Source of the DNA: Candidatus Obscuribacteraceae bacterium
GTDB lineage: Bacteria > Cyanobacteriota > Vampirovibrionia > Obscuribacterales > Obscuribacteraceae
Reading direction: 5' to 3'
DNA length: 64,000 nucleotides
Assembly (NCBI GenBank): GCA_044226015.1
Contig: JBGAHS010000004.1
Location: 416,001-480,000 of the forward strand
Under the pieces are notes generated by a model. That model was not told the origin of the DNA and did no database searches. It saw only the letters and a program-made list of their open reading frames with translations. The position numbers and the translations under genes were made by a program. Positions 42,315-51,320 of this stretch are shown piece by piece (positions within the stretch are counted from its first letter, which is position 1; each line of letters begins with the position of its first letter).

Positions 42315-44372
42315 CTATTCCTTATGTTTCCCATCCGCCTGCGGCTCCTCATGTTTCGAGTTGGATTCCTGAGTATCAGGTTTCTCGTTTTTCTCATGGC
42401 TGATTTCGTCTGCTAGCTTGAAAGCATCTTGTCCCTTTTGTACTATTTCGCCAGAACCCTTGGCGCCCTCAATCACATGGGGCAGCTTACTGCCAGCATG
42501 CGCTGCTTTTGCAACAGCTGCTTCACCTTCTACTGTTTGGGCAACATTGTTCACTGCATGTGCAGCCGATGTTGTGTTTTCCAGGCAAGCTGCATCGGCT
42601 GCTATCCCTTCTGCGGCGCAAGATGTTGCACTTGCCTCTGTCAACCCTACAGTCACCGCCTCGGCTGCCGGGAGAGACGATTTTGCCAGGTTTATAACAG
42701 AGCCTGCTCCCATAGTAGAGAGGGAAACTACGACCGTAGCGTCTTCAAAAGCCGCTTTCGAAGTGTCTCTTATTAAGAGCTTTCTAGCTGCGCTTATTTC
42801 CTCAGGACTATAGCGTTCTTGATTCCACAATGTATCAAGTTCCCCATGATTGCTGACATCGGATGCTGCTTTCGCTGTTTCAGCGAGACCCATTCCTGCC
42901 GAGGCAACCAAAGCTGTAACTCCGATTCTTACGCCATTAGCGGCAGCAAACTCAAGCAAGCCGGTTCCTGCTGCCACCACTAATGGTGTCGCCGTGCCGG
43001 CTGAACCAACTTCTACCACCGTAGCCAAAGCAATAGCGCTGCCAACTCCAACAACCGTCAAGACAGTCTCTACAGGATGTTCTTGCATTGTGGTTAAGCC
43101 CTGCATCGTCGCATGACCTAGATGTTCCAACATCTCTTTTCCGCCTTCGCCAACGCTTTGCGCAAGAGTCGAACCTATATCGCCTGCATTTCTTGCTTTT
43201 GTCATTACCATATGAACAGCTTCGTTTGTCCGATGTCCGAGCATTATTGCCGAAGGTGCGTTCTCAACGACGACAGATGTAATTCCTTTTTCGACTGTTT
43301 GCACAGCCTTTTCTACTAGATTGTTTCCGGCTTCTGTTGCGGATTTAGCTTGCTCATTTACAGTTTTGCCTAGTTCTGTGGCGCTTTCGGAAACCTGTTG
43401 TCCGATCTTGCCAATTTCTTTGCCGACTTGCTTGACCATGTGCTCAGTTCCATCTTGTACGCGATGTTGCACTTGGCGGGACGATTTCAGAATGTTGCTA
43501 GTGTTTTCTTGAACCTGGTGGGATACATTTCCGATGCCTTCAACTGCATTTTTTTGTAACTGATGGGCGGTTTTGTCCATTTCATTGAGGGCATGACCAG
43601 CACCATTCGCGAATTGATGCAGACCCTTCTCTGTTTGTTTTACCAGGTTGTTGGCACCGTCTGTAATACCGTGTCCAAGGTCATCAGCACCTTTGTTTAG
43701 ATTGTTTGCTGTGTTCTTAACGTTGTTTCCGACCTGGTGTCCGAGTTCCTGTGCAAATTTTTGTGTGCCCTGGGCGACATCTTTCGTGCCTTTTTGGACT
43801 TGCTGAGAAACTTGTTTCTCCGTTTGTTCGAGCTGCTTTGCTAAATGTTCTACTTCTTTTCCGATGCTTTGTCCCAGGCTAAAGACGGACTTAAGTGCTG
43901 TGGAAGCCTTGTCTGCAGGCGATGCATCAGCGATATTTCTTGTTGCGTTGCTTGATTTTTCAGCGTGACCAGCATCCGCTCTTGAGGCGCTTTTTACAGC
44001 ATCTGAATTCAGGTGATCTGAATTCTGATGCTGTGAGTAATCTCTTTTCGCGCTCTGCTTGAGCGCCTCTGCTGAGCTGTTGTGTGAGGACTCTTTGTGA
44101 AGAGCGTTTGGCGAGTCATTATGTTTGGATTTTTCGACTGGAAGCAAGGAGTCTGCGGATTTAAATCCGCTTGCAGTTGCTCCACTCTTTCTGCTTTGAC
44201 GCTTTTCCTGAACCTGGGCAGTGAGCGTTTTGTTGTGCGCTTCCATGTCTTTGGCTGCTTCGGAGCTGGACTTTTTTTCAGCTCGGTCGCCCGCGGAGGT
44301 TTTAGCACTATGGCTCAGTGCTTTCTCGTTATTTTCGCTTTCAGATCCTGCTTTGTTCATCTCTCGCCCCAA
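42315..44372 (-). CDS. hypothetical protein with amphipathic 11/22-mer-like repeats and a long Gly/Ala hydrophobic segment
   Basis: 685-aa ORF; its stop is 2 nt before the next start; LEA/apolipoprotein-like helices, then VLTVVGVGSAIALATVVEVGSAGTATPLVVAAG. Confidence 0.75.
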   Translation of the reverse strand: MGREMNKAGSESENNEKALSHSAKTSAGDRAEKKSSSEAAKDMEAHNKTLTAQVQEKRQSRKSGATASGFKSADSLLPVEKSKHNDSPNALHKESSHNSSAEALKQSAKRDYSQHQNSDHLNSDAVKSASRADAGHAEKSSNATRNIADASPADKASTALKSVFSLGQSIGKEVEHLAKQLEQTEKQVSQQVQKGTKDVAQGTQKFAQELGHQVGNNVKNTANNLNKGADDLGHGITDGANNLVKQTEKGLHQFANGAGHALNEMDKTAHQLQKNAVEGIGNVSHQVQENTSNILKSSRQVQHRVQDGTEHMVKQVGKEIGKIGQQVSESATELGKTVNEQAKSATEAGNNLVEKAVQTVEKGITSVVVENAPSAIMLGHRTNEAVHMVMTKARNAGDIGSTLAQSVGEGGKEMLEHLGHATMQGLTTMQEHPVETVLTVVGVGSAIALATVVEVGSAGTATPLVVAAGTGLLEFAAANGVRIGVTALVASAGMGLAETAKAASDVSNHGELDTLWNQERYSPEEISAARKLLIRDTSKAAFEDATVVVSLSTMGAGSVINLAKSSLPAAEAVTVGLTEASATSCAAEGIAADAACLENTTSAAHAVNNVAQTVEGEAAVAKAAHAGSKLPHVIEGAKGSGEIVQKGQDAFKLADEISHEKNEKPDTQESNSKHEEPQADGKHKE

Positions 44373-44566
44373 GAATGAGTCTGCATTAGTCTATATGCCC
44401 GATAACCAGACGGACTAGATTAAGTCAGCTGAATCAGCACATGAAGATTAAACCAGAAGATTCTGAAATTTGTTTGAGAATTTTCAAGACAGGAAGAAAG
44501 GTCCTAGCTGGTACAGCTAGATATGTTGTTGAAGTTCTACGATCTCAATGACCGACCATAATCGAG

Positions 44567-46969
44567 TTAATCGGAAAAGTGAGGGTACTTGTCTCTGGCC
44601 TTGTGAGCGCTTTCAAGAAACTGGAAGGCTGGAGATTTCACTGTGGCTCGCGCTCGTCTGTTTGTATACCAGTTTGATGGCAGGTTATTCGAATACACGT
44701 TGGATAGAAGTTTGATCTGATGTTTACTGATCGCGTTATCCAAACCTTGTTCAACAGCCCACCAGCTATCGAGAATCTGAGGATGTTCTTTCTTTGCCTG
44801 GTTTGTGAATCTCTCCATGATTGACTCTACACTATTGAGGTCTGGGTTCTTTCCGTCGAAAGCGTTCCAGATTTTTGATTCCAACTCGTTAGCTACTTCT
44901 TGCTCAAGACTTTTATTCGCGGTTGTATCATGGAAATCCTCAAGATTTCTGGCAGGTCTGTGGTTTATGAAAAGGTCTCCATCTGCGGCTAGTTCTTCTA
45001 GTGTTGCATCAGTATTTTCTCTTCCTGTCACCATCAGGTAATAGCTGTTCTTACCATTACTTGAGTCATTCCTAACTCCAGCCACGAGCTTTAGGTTTTC
45101 TGGCAGTCGCTTTTGTAATTCCCTTGCAAGTTCTCGTTGCTCATCATTAAAGGGAAGATTGTCTCTGCCATCGAATCGGTCCTTGCTATCGAGCTTGTAC
45201 AAAGGCAGTGGCATGTGGCTCTCAGAAGTGTCGCTTCCTTTGCTCATTTCTGTTATTTTCGTTCTTGAAGAATTCCAGATGTCTTCTGCAATCGTGCTAG
45301 CAAGCTTTCCTTTCTCTGCGTGATATGTATCCAGCCAGATACCCGCACCTTCCTTTTTCCTGTAGCTGCGGTACTCGTTGAGAACATGTGCACAACCCCT
45401 CGCAGCTGCTTCTGGTGTCGCCGTATTTACGCCCAAGTCAGCAAGTGTGTGTTGTTGCCGAGAGTAATTTGACGAGAAGTCCTTCAGGTCTGACTGTGAT
45501 AGCAAGAACTTTCCACTGATTGGCGAGCTTGTGTTTGCATTCTTGTCCATCGACGGAAATGCAGCATGAAGATCTAATGTGGGGAAAGCTTTGGCGCAAG
45601 CCTGCAAGGTGCTCTCAGCTTGTCTTAATTGCTGCGCGCTTGGATTGGAAGGCACCACGTCGCCTTCCCAACTTGAGCTTTGAGCTAAGAGGTCTCTTGC
45701 AAAGTCTTGTTTAGGCTCTGAACTAGCTCTGTCTTTTCGTTCAGCCACCACCCATTCATTCGAAACGCTTGTTTGAATGTCTGCGCGTTTACGAAGTGCT
45801 TCCGCCAGGTACAAATCTTTTCCTGTAAGAGCACCTCCATCCCTCATTGGTGTTACTTTTGTGACGCTTACTCTTTCTTCTCCCTCAGCGAACTGCTTAT
45901 CGATGTTTTGAACAAGATTCGCGGCTGCAGCCTTGTCTTTGGCAATTCCTCTATCGAGTGCTTGTACCTCTTCTCTTGCATCAAGACCTGCTCTACAACT
46001 ACCTTCCACATTTTTCATTACCGCTTCGGAGTACTCGCCAAATTCTGGTTTGAAACCGAAATGGGCTGCTAATTCTTTTCTTGTATGGGTGCCAAACGGC
46101 GTGGTTAGCCAACCCATCACTGATTTTTCCCAGAGCGCAGATTCGCCATAGGTGTTTCGGACTAGGCCAAATCCACTCTGGCATTGCTGTGCTGTTTTGT
46201 CATCGAGCGAGCGTTCTTTGTAATGGTCTTTCCACGAGAGTCGATTTTCATTGACTTTATCTCCTGAGAAAAATCGATTCCACGCATCTCTTCCATTTGC
46301 CAGGGCCTGTGATTCATCATCTTTCTCTTGTGCTCTGAAGCCGGAATGTCGTGACTCGGTTTCGGCTTTTTCTAGTTTGTCTTTTTCCCAGGGCCATAGT
46401 TTCTGGCCAAGGAAAGACCGTTTGTAGAGATCTTCCGCTTCTTTATCACCGCTGAATTTATCGTGTGCGATAAGGTCGGCCATTTCTTCTTTGTGTAAGC
46501 TAAGGTGACTTTCTCCCCATGATGAAAGATAGTCGCGTTCGGCCAGAGTTTTATATTTTGGTTCATGAGGAAACCGTGCTTTTGCAAAAAGGTCAGCGCG
46601 TTCTTCATTTGAAAGGCGAGGTCCCTTGCCTTCGGCTTCTAAGAGCGCTTTTTTCGACAGTGCATGATACTTGTTGTCGTTGCCTGCTTCTTGCGACAGA
46701 GTTAAAATCGCTGACTCTTCTGGAGACAGGCGACCATGCTCCTTTTTCTCTAGAAGCCGCTGAAATGCTGCGTTCTTTGAAAAATCGTCAACTCTATCAG
46801 GATCAGCCTGTGAGTTTCGTCTCGTGCCCAGTAACTGCTCTTGCTGTTTAGAAATCGATTCAAACAATTCATGAAAGATTTTTTGTTCTACGCTTGAAGC
46901 GGCTTTATCAGCTTGGCTTGCTGCTCTTTCTGTTTGCTGCTTCTGCCAATCTTCGTTGCGCTCTACCAT
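44567..46969 (-). CDS. hypothetical protein (800 aa)
   Basis: Long ORF, RBS AAGGAGA, hydrophilic; no recognisable domain. Confidence 0.75.
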   Translation of the reverse strand: MVERNEDWQKQQTERAASQADKAASSVEQKIFHELFESISKQQEQLLGTRRNSQADPDRVDDFSKNAAFQRLLEKKEHGRLSPEESAILTLSQEAGNDNKYHALSKKALLEAEGKGPRLSNEERADLFAKARFPHEPKYKTLAERDYLSSWGESHLSLHKEEMADLIAHDKFSGDKEAEDLYKRSFLGQKLWPWEKDKLEKAETESRHSGFRAQEKDDESQALANGRDAWNRFFSGDKVNENRLSWKDHYKERSLDDKTAQQCQSGFGLVRNTYGESALWEKSVMGWLTTPFGTHTRKELAAHFGFKPEFGEYSEAVMKNVEGSCRAGLDAREEVQALDRGIAKDKAAAANLVQNIDKQFAEGEERVSVTKVTPMRDGGALTGKDLYLAEALRKRADIQTSVSNEWVVAERKDRASSEPKQDFARDLLAQSSSWEGDVVPSNPSAQQLRQAESTLQACAKAFPTLDLHAAFPSMDKNANTSSPISGKFLLSQSDLKDFSSNYSRQQHTLADLGVNTATPEAAARGCAHVLNEYRSYRKKEGAGIWLDTYHAEKGKLASTIAEDIWNSSRTKITEMSKGSDTSESHMPLPLYKLDSKDRFDGRDNLPFNDEQRELARELQKRLPENLKLVAGVRNDSSNGKNSYYLMVTGRENTDATLEELAADGDLFINHRPARNLEDFHDTTANKSLEQEVANELESKIWNAFDGKNPDLNSVESIMERFTNQAKKEHPQILDSWWAVEQGLDNAISKHQIKLLSNVYSNNLPSNWYTNRRARATVKSPAFQFLESAHKARDKYPHFSD

Positions 46970-47098
46970 TAGATCTCTCCTTTGTTCTCAGAAGAGAGAG
47001 TAAATTGGAAAAAGTAAATTCGAAGTGAATTACCTGCTGTAGATTTCTGTGGCGCGAGTGTTTTCAGGCTGCATTCATTTGCAGTGCGAAATTACTGA

Positions 47099-47161
47099 GA
47101 GCGATCTCACTCTCAGGCGGAGCGATCTCAGGCGGAGCGATCTCAGGCGGAGCGATCTCAC
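47099..47161. repeat. intergenic 15-bp tandem repeat
   Basis: TCTCAGGCGGAGCGA x3 exact (47111-47155) plus TCTCA; GAGCGATCTCAC at both ends. Confidence 0.95.
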
Positions 47162-47224
47162 AGACAGAGTGATCGTTGACCTGTAGAGACTTAATCTTTT
47201 CTCCGCAAAGAAAATCCGTATGTT

Positions 47225-47995
47225 TTACTTGAGCCTTGTCTCGGGAAGAAGAATGAAAGCGCAGACAATATAGCCTAGATAGAGAGCCCCAGCAATTATG
47301 GCAACAAGCTCACGTCCAGAAAAACCATGCCTGGTCAAAAGTCCTGGTTTCTCAACCGCATCCCAGTATTTATTTAGGGCATGTTGTACGAAGGCGGCTG
47401 GAATGGCAGACAATAAGAACAGCAAGTACAATGGACCGTCGAGAAATGATAGGTACGACAGCAAGAACGCTGCCGCAGTAAGGGTTAACGACCAAACCAC
47501 TGGATGTTTCCCTGAGAAATCAGCCTTTTCCTGGAGTTTTGCAATTCCACAAGCTAAGGTGAAGAACAAGTAATCGTTAGCATAGGGAATCAACCAAAAA
47601 ACTGCGCGAATGTGCGGGCTGACATCTTCAAAGCTCTCAAGATGTTTCGGTGAGATTGACTCAAGCAGGCTCATTTTTTGAGTTGCTGGAGCAAGCTGGG
47701 TATTGTCGTCGGGTAGGCGCTCTCTTGATAGCTCCACAGCTACATCTATTTTGTGTGAGTCTGTGTTTGCTCTTGCATGCTTTGCTTTGTGTTCAGCGAG
47801 ATCTCGCCAATTCTTGAAGGCCCAGTAGACCAGATATAGTTTGAAGGTCAGCATCGCCAAAATGAGTACATGCCATACTGGCTGCTTCAAGGACATGCCG
47901 GAGTCTTCTGGGGGTGGCGGAAACGTATTGATGTCGCTGCCCTTTTTGTGCTCTTCTTTGCTGGCTGAAAATGAAGTAATGATCGTAGTACCCAT
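47225..47995 (-). CDS. hypothetical membrane protein (DUF4234-like)
   Basis: LTFKLYLVYWAFKNW motif, VQHALNKYW, about five TM segments. Confidence 0.7.
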   Translation of the reverse strand: MGTTIITSFSASKEEHKKGSDINTFPPPPEDSGMSLKQPVWHVLILAMLTFKLYLVYWAFKNWRDLAEHKAKHARANTDSHKIDVAVELSRERLPDDNTQLAPATQKMSLLESISPKHLESFEDVSPHIRAVFWLIPYANDYLFFTLACGIAKLQEKADFSGKHPVVWSLTLTAAAFLLSYLSFLDGPLYLLFLLSAIPAAFVQHALNKYWDAVEKPGLLTRHGFSGRELVAIIAGALYLGYIVCAFILLPETRLK

Positions 47996-48146
47996 GATGT
48001 ATATGCGTGTGCCATGCTGTGGCTAGATTATTCTACTTGCAAACAGCTAATTCTGTTTCCAATAGTGAAAATTGAAGTACACAGAGAAGGCAAGATCGCG
48101 GATAATTTGCAGGTTGATATTTTTCAGGGGTTGCCGGGGGTAAGCC

Positions 48147-48497
48147 ATGGTTAATGCTGTTATGTTAGTTGGACGCGTCGGCAAAGATCCCGAAATGCGT
48201 TATTTTGAGTCGGGTAGAGTTAAGACGACTTTCAGCGTCGCTGTTAACCGTCCTACTAAAGAAAAGGAAACAGATTGGTTTGATGTCGAGCTCTGGGGCA
48301 GACAAGCCGAGGTCGCAGGCGAATATGTTCGCAAAGGCAGTCTGATAGGCGTTGAAGGACGCCTGGATTTCAGCAGCTGGACCGATGATGGCGGCGTGAA
48401 GCACAGCCGTCCTTACGTCCACGGAACCAACTTGCGATTGCTGGGAAGCAAGGGCGACCGTGGTGGCATGGAGCGCTCTCCATCCGATTTTGACTAA
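48147..48497 (+). CDS. ssb: single-stranded DNA-binding protein, short type
   Basis: LVGRVGKDPEMRY, TDWFDVELWG, KGSLIGVEGRL, acidic DFD tail. Confidence 0.95.
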   Translation: MVNAVMLVGRVGKDPEMRYFESGRVKTTFSVAVNRPTKEKETDWFDVELWGRQAEVAGEYVRKGSLIGVEGRLDFSSWTDDGGVKHSRPYVHGTNLRLLGSKGDRGGMERSPSDFD

Positions 48498-48508
48498 GGA
48501 TTTGACCC

Positions 48509-50140
48509 TTGCAAGTCGGGATAATTGATTATTCGATAATCATAGTCTACTTTCTTTTCGTGCTGGGCATCGGCTTTGCTCTCAAAAAGCAGATGGTCAG
48601 CACGGAAGACTTTTTCCTGTCGGGAAGATCTATTCCTAGCTGGATTACTGGGCTGGCGTTCCTGTCAGCAAACCTTGGTGCTATCGAGGTTATGGGGATG
48701 GCTGGGAATGGTGCCGAATACGGTATCATGACCACACACTTCTACTGGGTTGGTGCTATCCCCGCGATGCTCTTCCTGGCTGTGTTTATGATGCCCTTTT
48801 ACTATGGTTCGAGAATCAAGAGCGTTCCCGAATATTTAAAGCTTCGCTTTAACGAAGCAACCCGTGGGTTGAATGCTATTTCATTTGCATTCATGACGGT
48901 GCTGATGTCCGGTATCAATATGTACGCAATGGCGATGGTATTTAACTTGCTATTGCAATGGGATATGAATGCTTCTATCTGGGTGTCGGCAGTAGTTGTT
49001 TTGTCGTACACCGCGCTTGGTGGCTTAACCTCATCAATCTACAACGAGGTTCTGCAATTCTTTTTGATTGTTCTGGGCTTTTTGCCACTCACTCTTATTG
49101 GTCTTACTGATGTTGGTGGTTGGCAGGGACTGGTCAGCAAACTGCCTGATGGCTTTGGCCATCTCTGGGTCAGTACCGGTGTCGGAATGTCGAACCCAAT
49201 GGGAGCTGACTGGATTGCGATAGTAAGTGGTCTGGGATTTGTACTTTCATTCGGCTACTGGTGTACAGACTTTCTTGTGATTCAGAGAGCCCTGGCTGCG
49301 GAAGACTTGCCCGCTGCTCAGCGAACTCCTCTAATTGCGGCCTTTCCTAAGGTTCTGTTTCCAGCAATAACTGTATTGCCAGGTATGATGGCTCTTGCCC
49401 TCTTCCCGCAACTTGGACATTCGCCAGACCCACACTTCAAATATGACATGGCGCTGCCATTGTTGCTCGGCAAGTATTACCCATCTGGAATGCTTGGAAT
49501 AGGTCTTACTGCGATGCTTGCAAGTTTCATGTCGGGTATGGCAGGAAACATCACGGCGTTCAACACCGTGTGGACATACGATATTTACAAGAACTACTTT
49601 GTCAAAAACGCAACTGAAGAACACTACCTTTTAGTAGGCCGTCTTGCGACTGGCGGCGGTATTCTAGTCAGTATCTTCGCGGCTTATGGTGCCATGAACG
49701 CCAGCAGCATTATGGATTATATGCAGGCTATTTTTGGTTTCTTCAATGCACCGTTATTCGCCACATTCCTTCTCGGAATGTTTTGGAAACGGGCAACTCC
49801 GTGGGCTGCCTTCATTGGACTGATGCTTGGTACCCTGACTGCAGCGGTGCACTTCATTCTGTCTGGTTATTACCCAAGCCACGAGCATCCATTGCTTGTA
49901 TATACATCTCCTATGGCGGGCAACTTCTGGCGTGCGTCCTACGCCTGGGTGGTATGCTTTATTGCAACAATCGCGATTTCGTTTGTCACTAAACCGAAAC
50001 CGATTGAAGAGCTAGAAGGTCTTGTCTGGGGCACTGGTGTTAAAACCGAAGTTGCCGCTATGTCCTGGTACAAGAATCCGAAAGTTCTGGCTCTGATTGT
50101 GGGGCTGTTCACGTTGGTTTGCAACCTAGTATTCTGGTGA
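48509..50140 (+). CDS. sodium:solute symporter family protein
   Basis: DFFLSGRS, SANLG, SVPEYLKLRF, GYWCTDFLVIQRAL; about 14 TM segments. Confidence 0.93.
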   Translation: MQVGIIDYSIIIVYFLFVLGIGFALKKQMVSTEDFFLSGRSIPSWITGLAFLSANLGAIEVMGMAGNGAEYGIMTTHFYWVGAIPAMLFLAVFMMPFYYGSRIKSVPEYLKLRFNEATRGLNAISFAFMTVLMSGINMYAMAMVFNLLLQWDMNASIWVSAVVVLSYTALGGLTSSIYNEVLQFFLIVLGFLPLTLIGLTDVGGWQGLVSKLPDGFGHLWVSTGVGMSNPMGADWIAIVSGLGFVLSFGYWCTDFLVIQRALAAEDLPAAQRTPLIAAFPKVLFPAITVLPGMMALALFPQLGHSPDPHFKYDMALPLLLGKYYPSGMLGIGLTAMLASFMSGMAGNITAFNTVWTYDIYKNYFVKNATEEHYLLVGRLATGGGILVSIFAAYGAMNASSIMDYMQAIFGFFNAPLFATFLLGMFWKRATPWAAFIGLMLGTLTAAVHFILSGYYPSHEHPLLVYTSPMAGNFWRASYAWVVCFIATIAISFVTKPKPIEELEGLVWGTGVKTEVAAMSWYKNPKVLALIVGLFTLVCNLVFW

Positions 50141-50143
50141 TAT

Positions 50144-50347
50144 ATGCTTGATTTAAGACAACCAATTGGAGCGTATTTCTTGATCAATGCCGCAATTTTG
50201 ATTGTTGGTGGTTTGATCTCACCACACGACAGCAAGATTGGCACAATGGTTCTCAACCTGAATCTCTGCTGGGGCGCCGTCATGGCTGTTTTCGGTGCTT
50301 TCATGTGGGGACTTTCATTGATGGATAAGAAATCGAAATCTGAATGA
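50144..50347 (+). CDS. small 2-TM protein associated with the symporter
   Basis: Starts 3 nt after the SSS stop; LDLRQPIG and NLNLCWG; two TM segments. Confidence 0.75.
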   Translation: MLDLRQPIGAYFLINAAILIVGGLISPHDSKIGTMVLNLNLCWGAVMAVFGAFMWGLSLMDKKSKSE

Positions 50348-50682
50348 CAGAGTTTTTCGTTTTCAATTTCTTTCCAGTTTTGTTTGTCGAATGCCTGGTG
50401 CTGCGGCTAACGAAGTGGGGCAAAATCTGGACCTGCCTTCTTGATGCGTTGATGATGAATTTTGCATCTTTCGTAGGCTTGATGTTGGGTATTGCTCCTC
50501 CCATAGCCAATTACAGCGCCCTGGGCATCTTGCTTTATTTCATATACTCGACTCTGGTGGAGCTTTTTGTGCTTTGCTTGCTTGAGCGTCAACCAATTAA
50601 ACAAGCGGTTTATTCAGCCTGCTGTGCAAACCTTGCCAGCGTCTTTTATCTGGCTATCGACTATCAGCTTATTTACGCTTAG
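50344..50682 (+). CDS. hypothetical membrane protein with internal duplication
   Basis: ATGA overlap; two similar halves (LFVECLVL..NFAS / TLVELFVL..NLAS). Confidence 0.65.
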   Translation: MTEFFVFNFFPVLFVECLVLRLTKWGKIWTCLLDALMMNFASFVGLMLGIAPPIANYSALGILLYFIYSTLVELFVLCLLERQPIKQAVYSACCANLASVFYLAIDYQLIYA

Positions 50683-50838
50683 CCCATAATAGATGTCGAT
50701 TACTGCAGGTGTTTCTATTGGCTCAAGAATCGCTCACTGAGCTTTTGAAAATTAGATTTCCTATTGTGCAGGCGCCTATAGCGAATCAAGCAAATGAGCA
50801 GGATTAGTCTATTGCTGACCAGCCACTTCTATTGCTGA

Positions 50839-51018
50839 CTAGCCACCGTAGTCACCGTCTTCCTCTTCATCTTCCTCTCCAAAGAACTCGTCATCATCGG
50901 CGAATTCTTCGTCCTCGCTTTCTTCGTCAGATTCTTCGTCTTCGCTTTCTTCGTCGTCTTCGTCCTTGTAACCTTCGTTTTCCTCGTCGTCGTCACCTGT
51001 ACCAAGAATAATCGACAT
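50839..51018 (-). CDS. very acidic small protein (59 aa), not in ORF track
   Basis: GGAG RBS before ATG 51018; MSIILGTGDDDEENEGYKDEDDEESEDEESDEESEDEEFADDDEFFGEEDEEEDGDYGG*; 35 of 59 residues are D/E. Confidence 0.7.
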   Translation of the reverse strand: MSIILGTGDDDEENEGYKDEDDEESEDEESDEESEDEEFADDDEFFGEEDEEEDGDYGG

Positions 51019-51248
51019 AGACTCAACTCCTAAATTCTGGGGTCAGTAAATGGCAAGCAAGATTCTAAATCACTAGTACCCAAGATTTTGTGCTCTTCGC
51101 ACTTTTTTTGTTCAATTTGCGAAATGATACTAGGATATTATTTTGCCGTTTATTCGGAACAGCACCTTCTTACTAGCCAGAACAATAGATGCTCATGCCC
51201 TGGTTTGCCTTGATGCACTAATCTGAATAATGAAAGTTCTTTTGCTTA

Positions 51249-51288
51249 GCGTCCAGGAGTCAGGCTTTTGTTGCGAGATCCTGGACGC
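51249..51288. terminator. inverted repeat, possible terminator downstream of 51321
   Basis: 10-bp arms GCGTCCAGGA / TCCTGGACGC; no clear U-tract. Confidence 0.4.
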
Positions 51289-51320
51289 ATTATGACAAGA
51301 CAACTGATTGGCTGAGCTGC

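Noticed and set aside
47090..47175. Glycine riboswitch (CTCTCAGG) or HIP1 cluster
   Set aside because: Other riboswitch elements are absent; the repeat contains GCGATCTC, not the HIP1 octamer GCGATCGC.
50829..51026. ORF-track 65-aa Thr/Lys-rich ORF
   Set aside because: It is an alternative frame of the acidic ORF 50839-51018, which has an ATG with a well-spaced GGAG.
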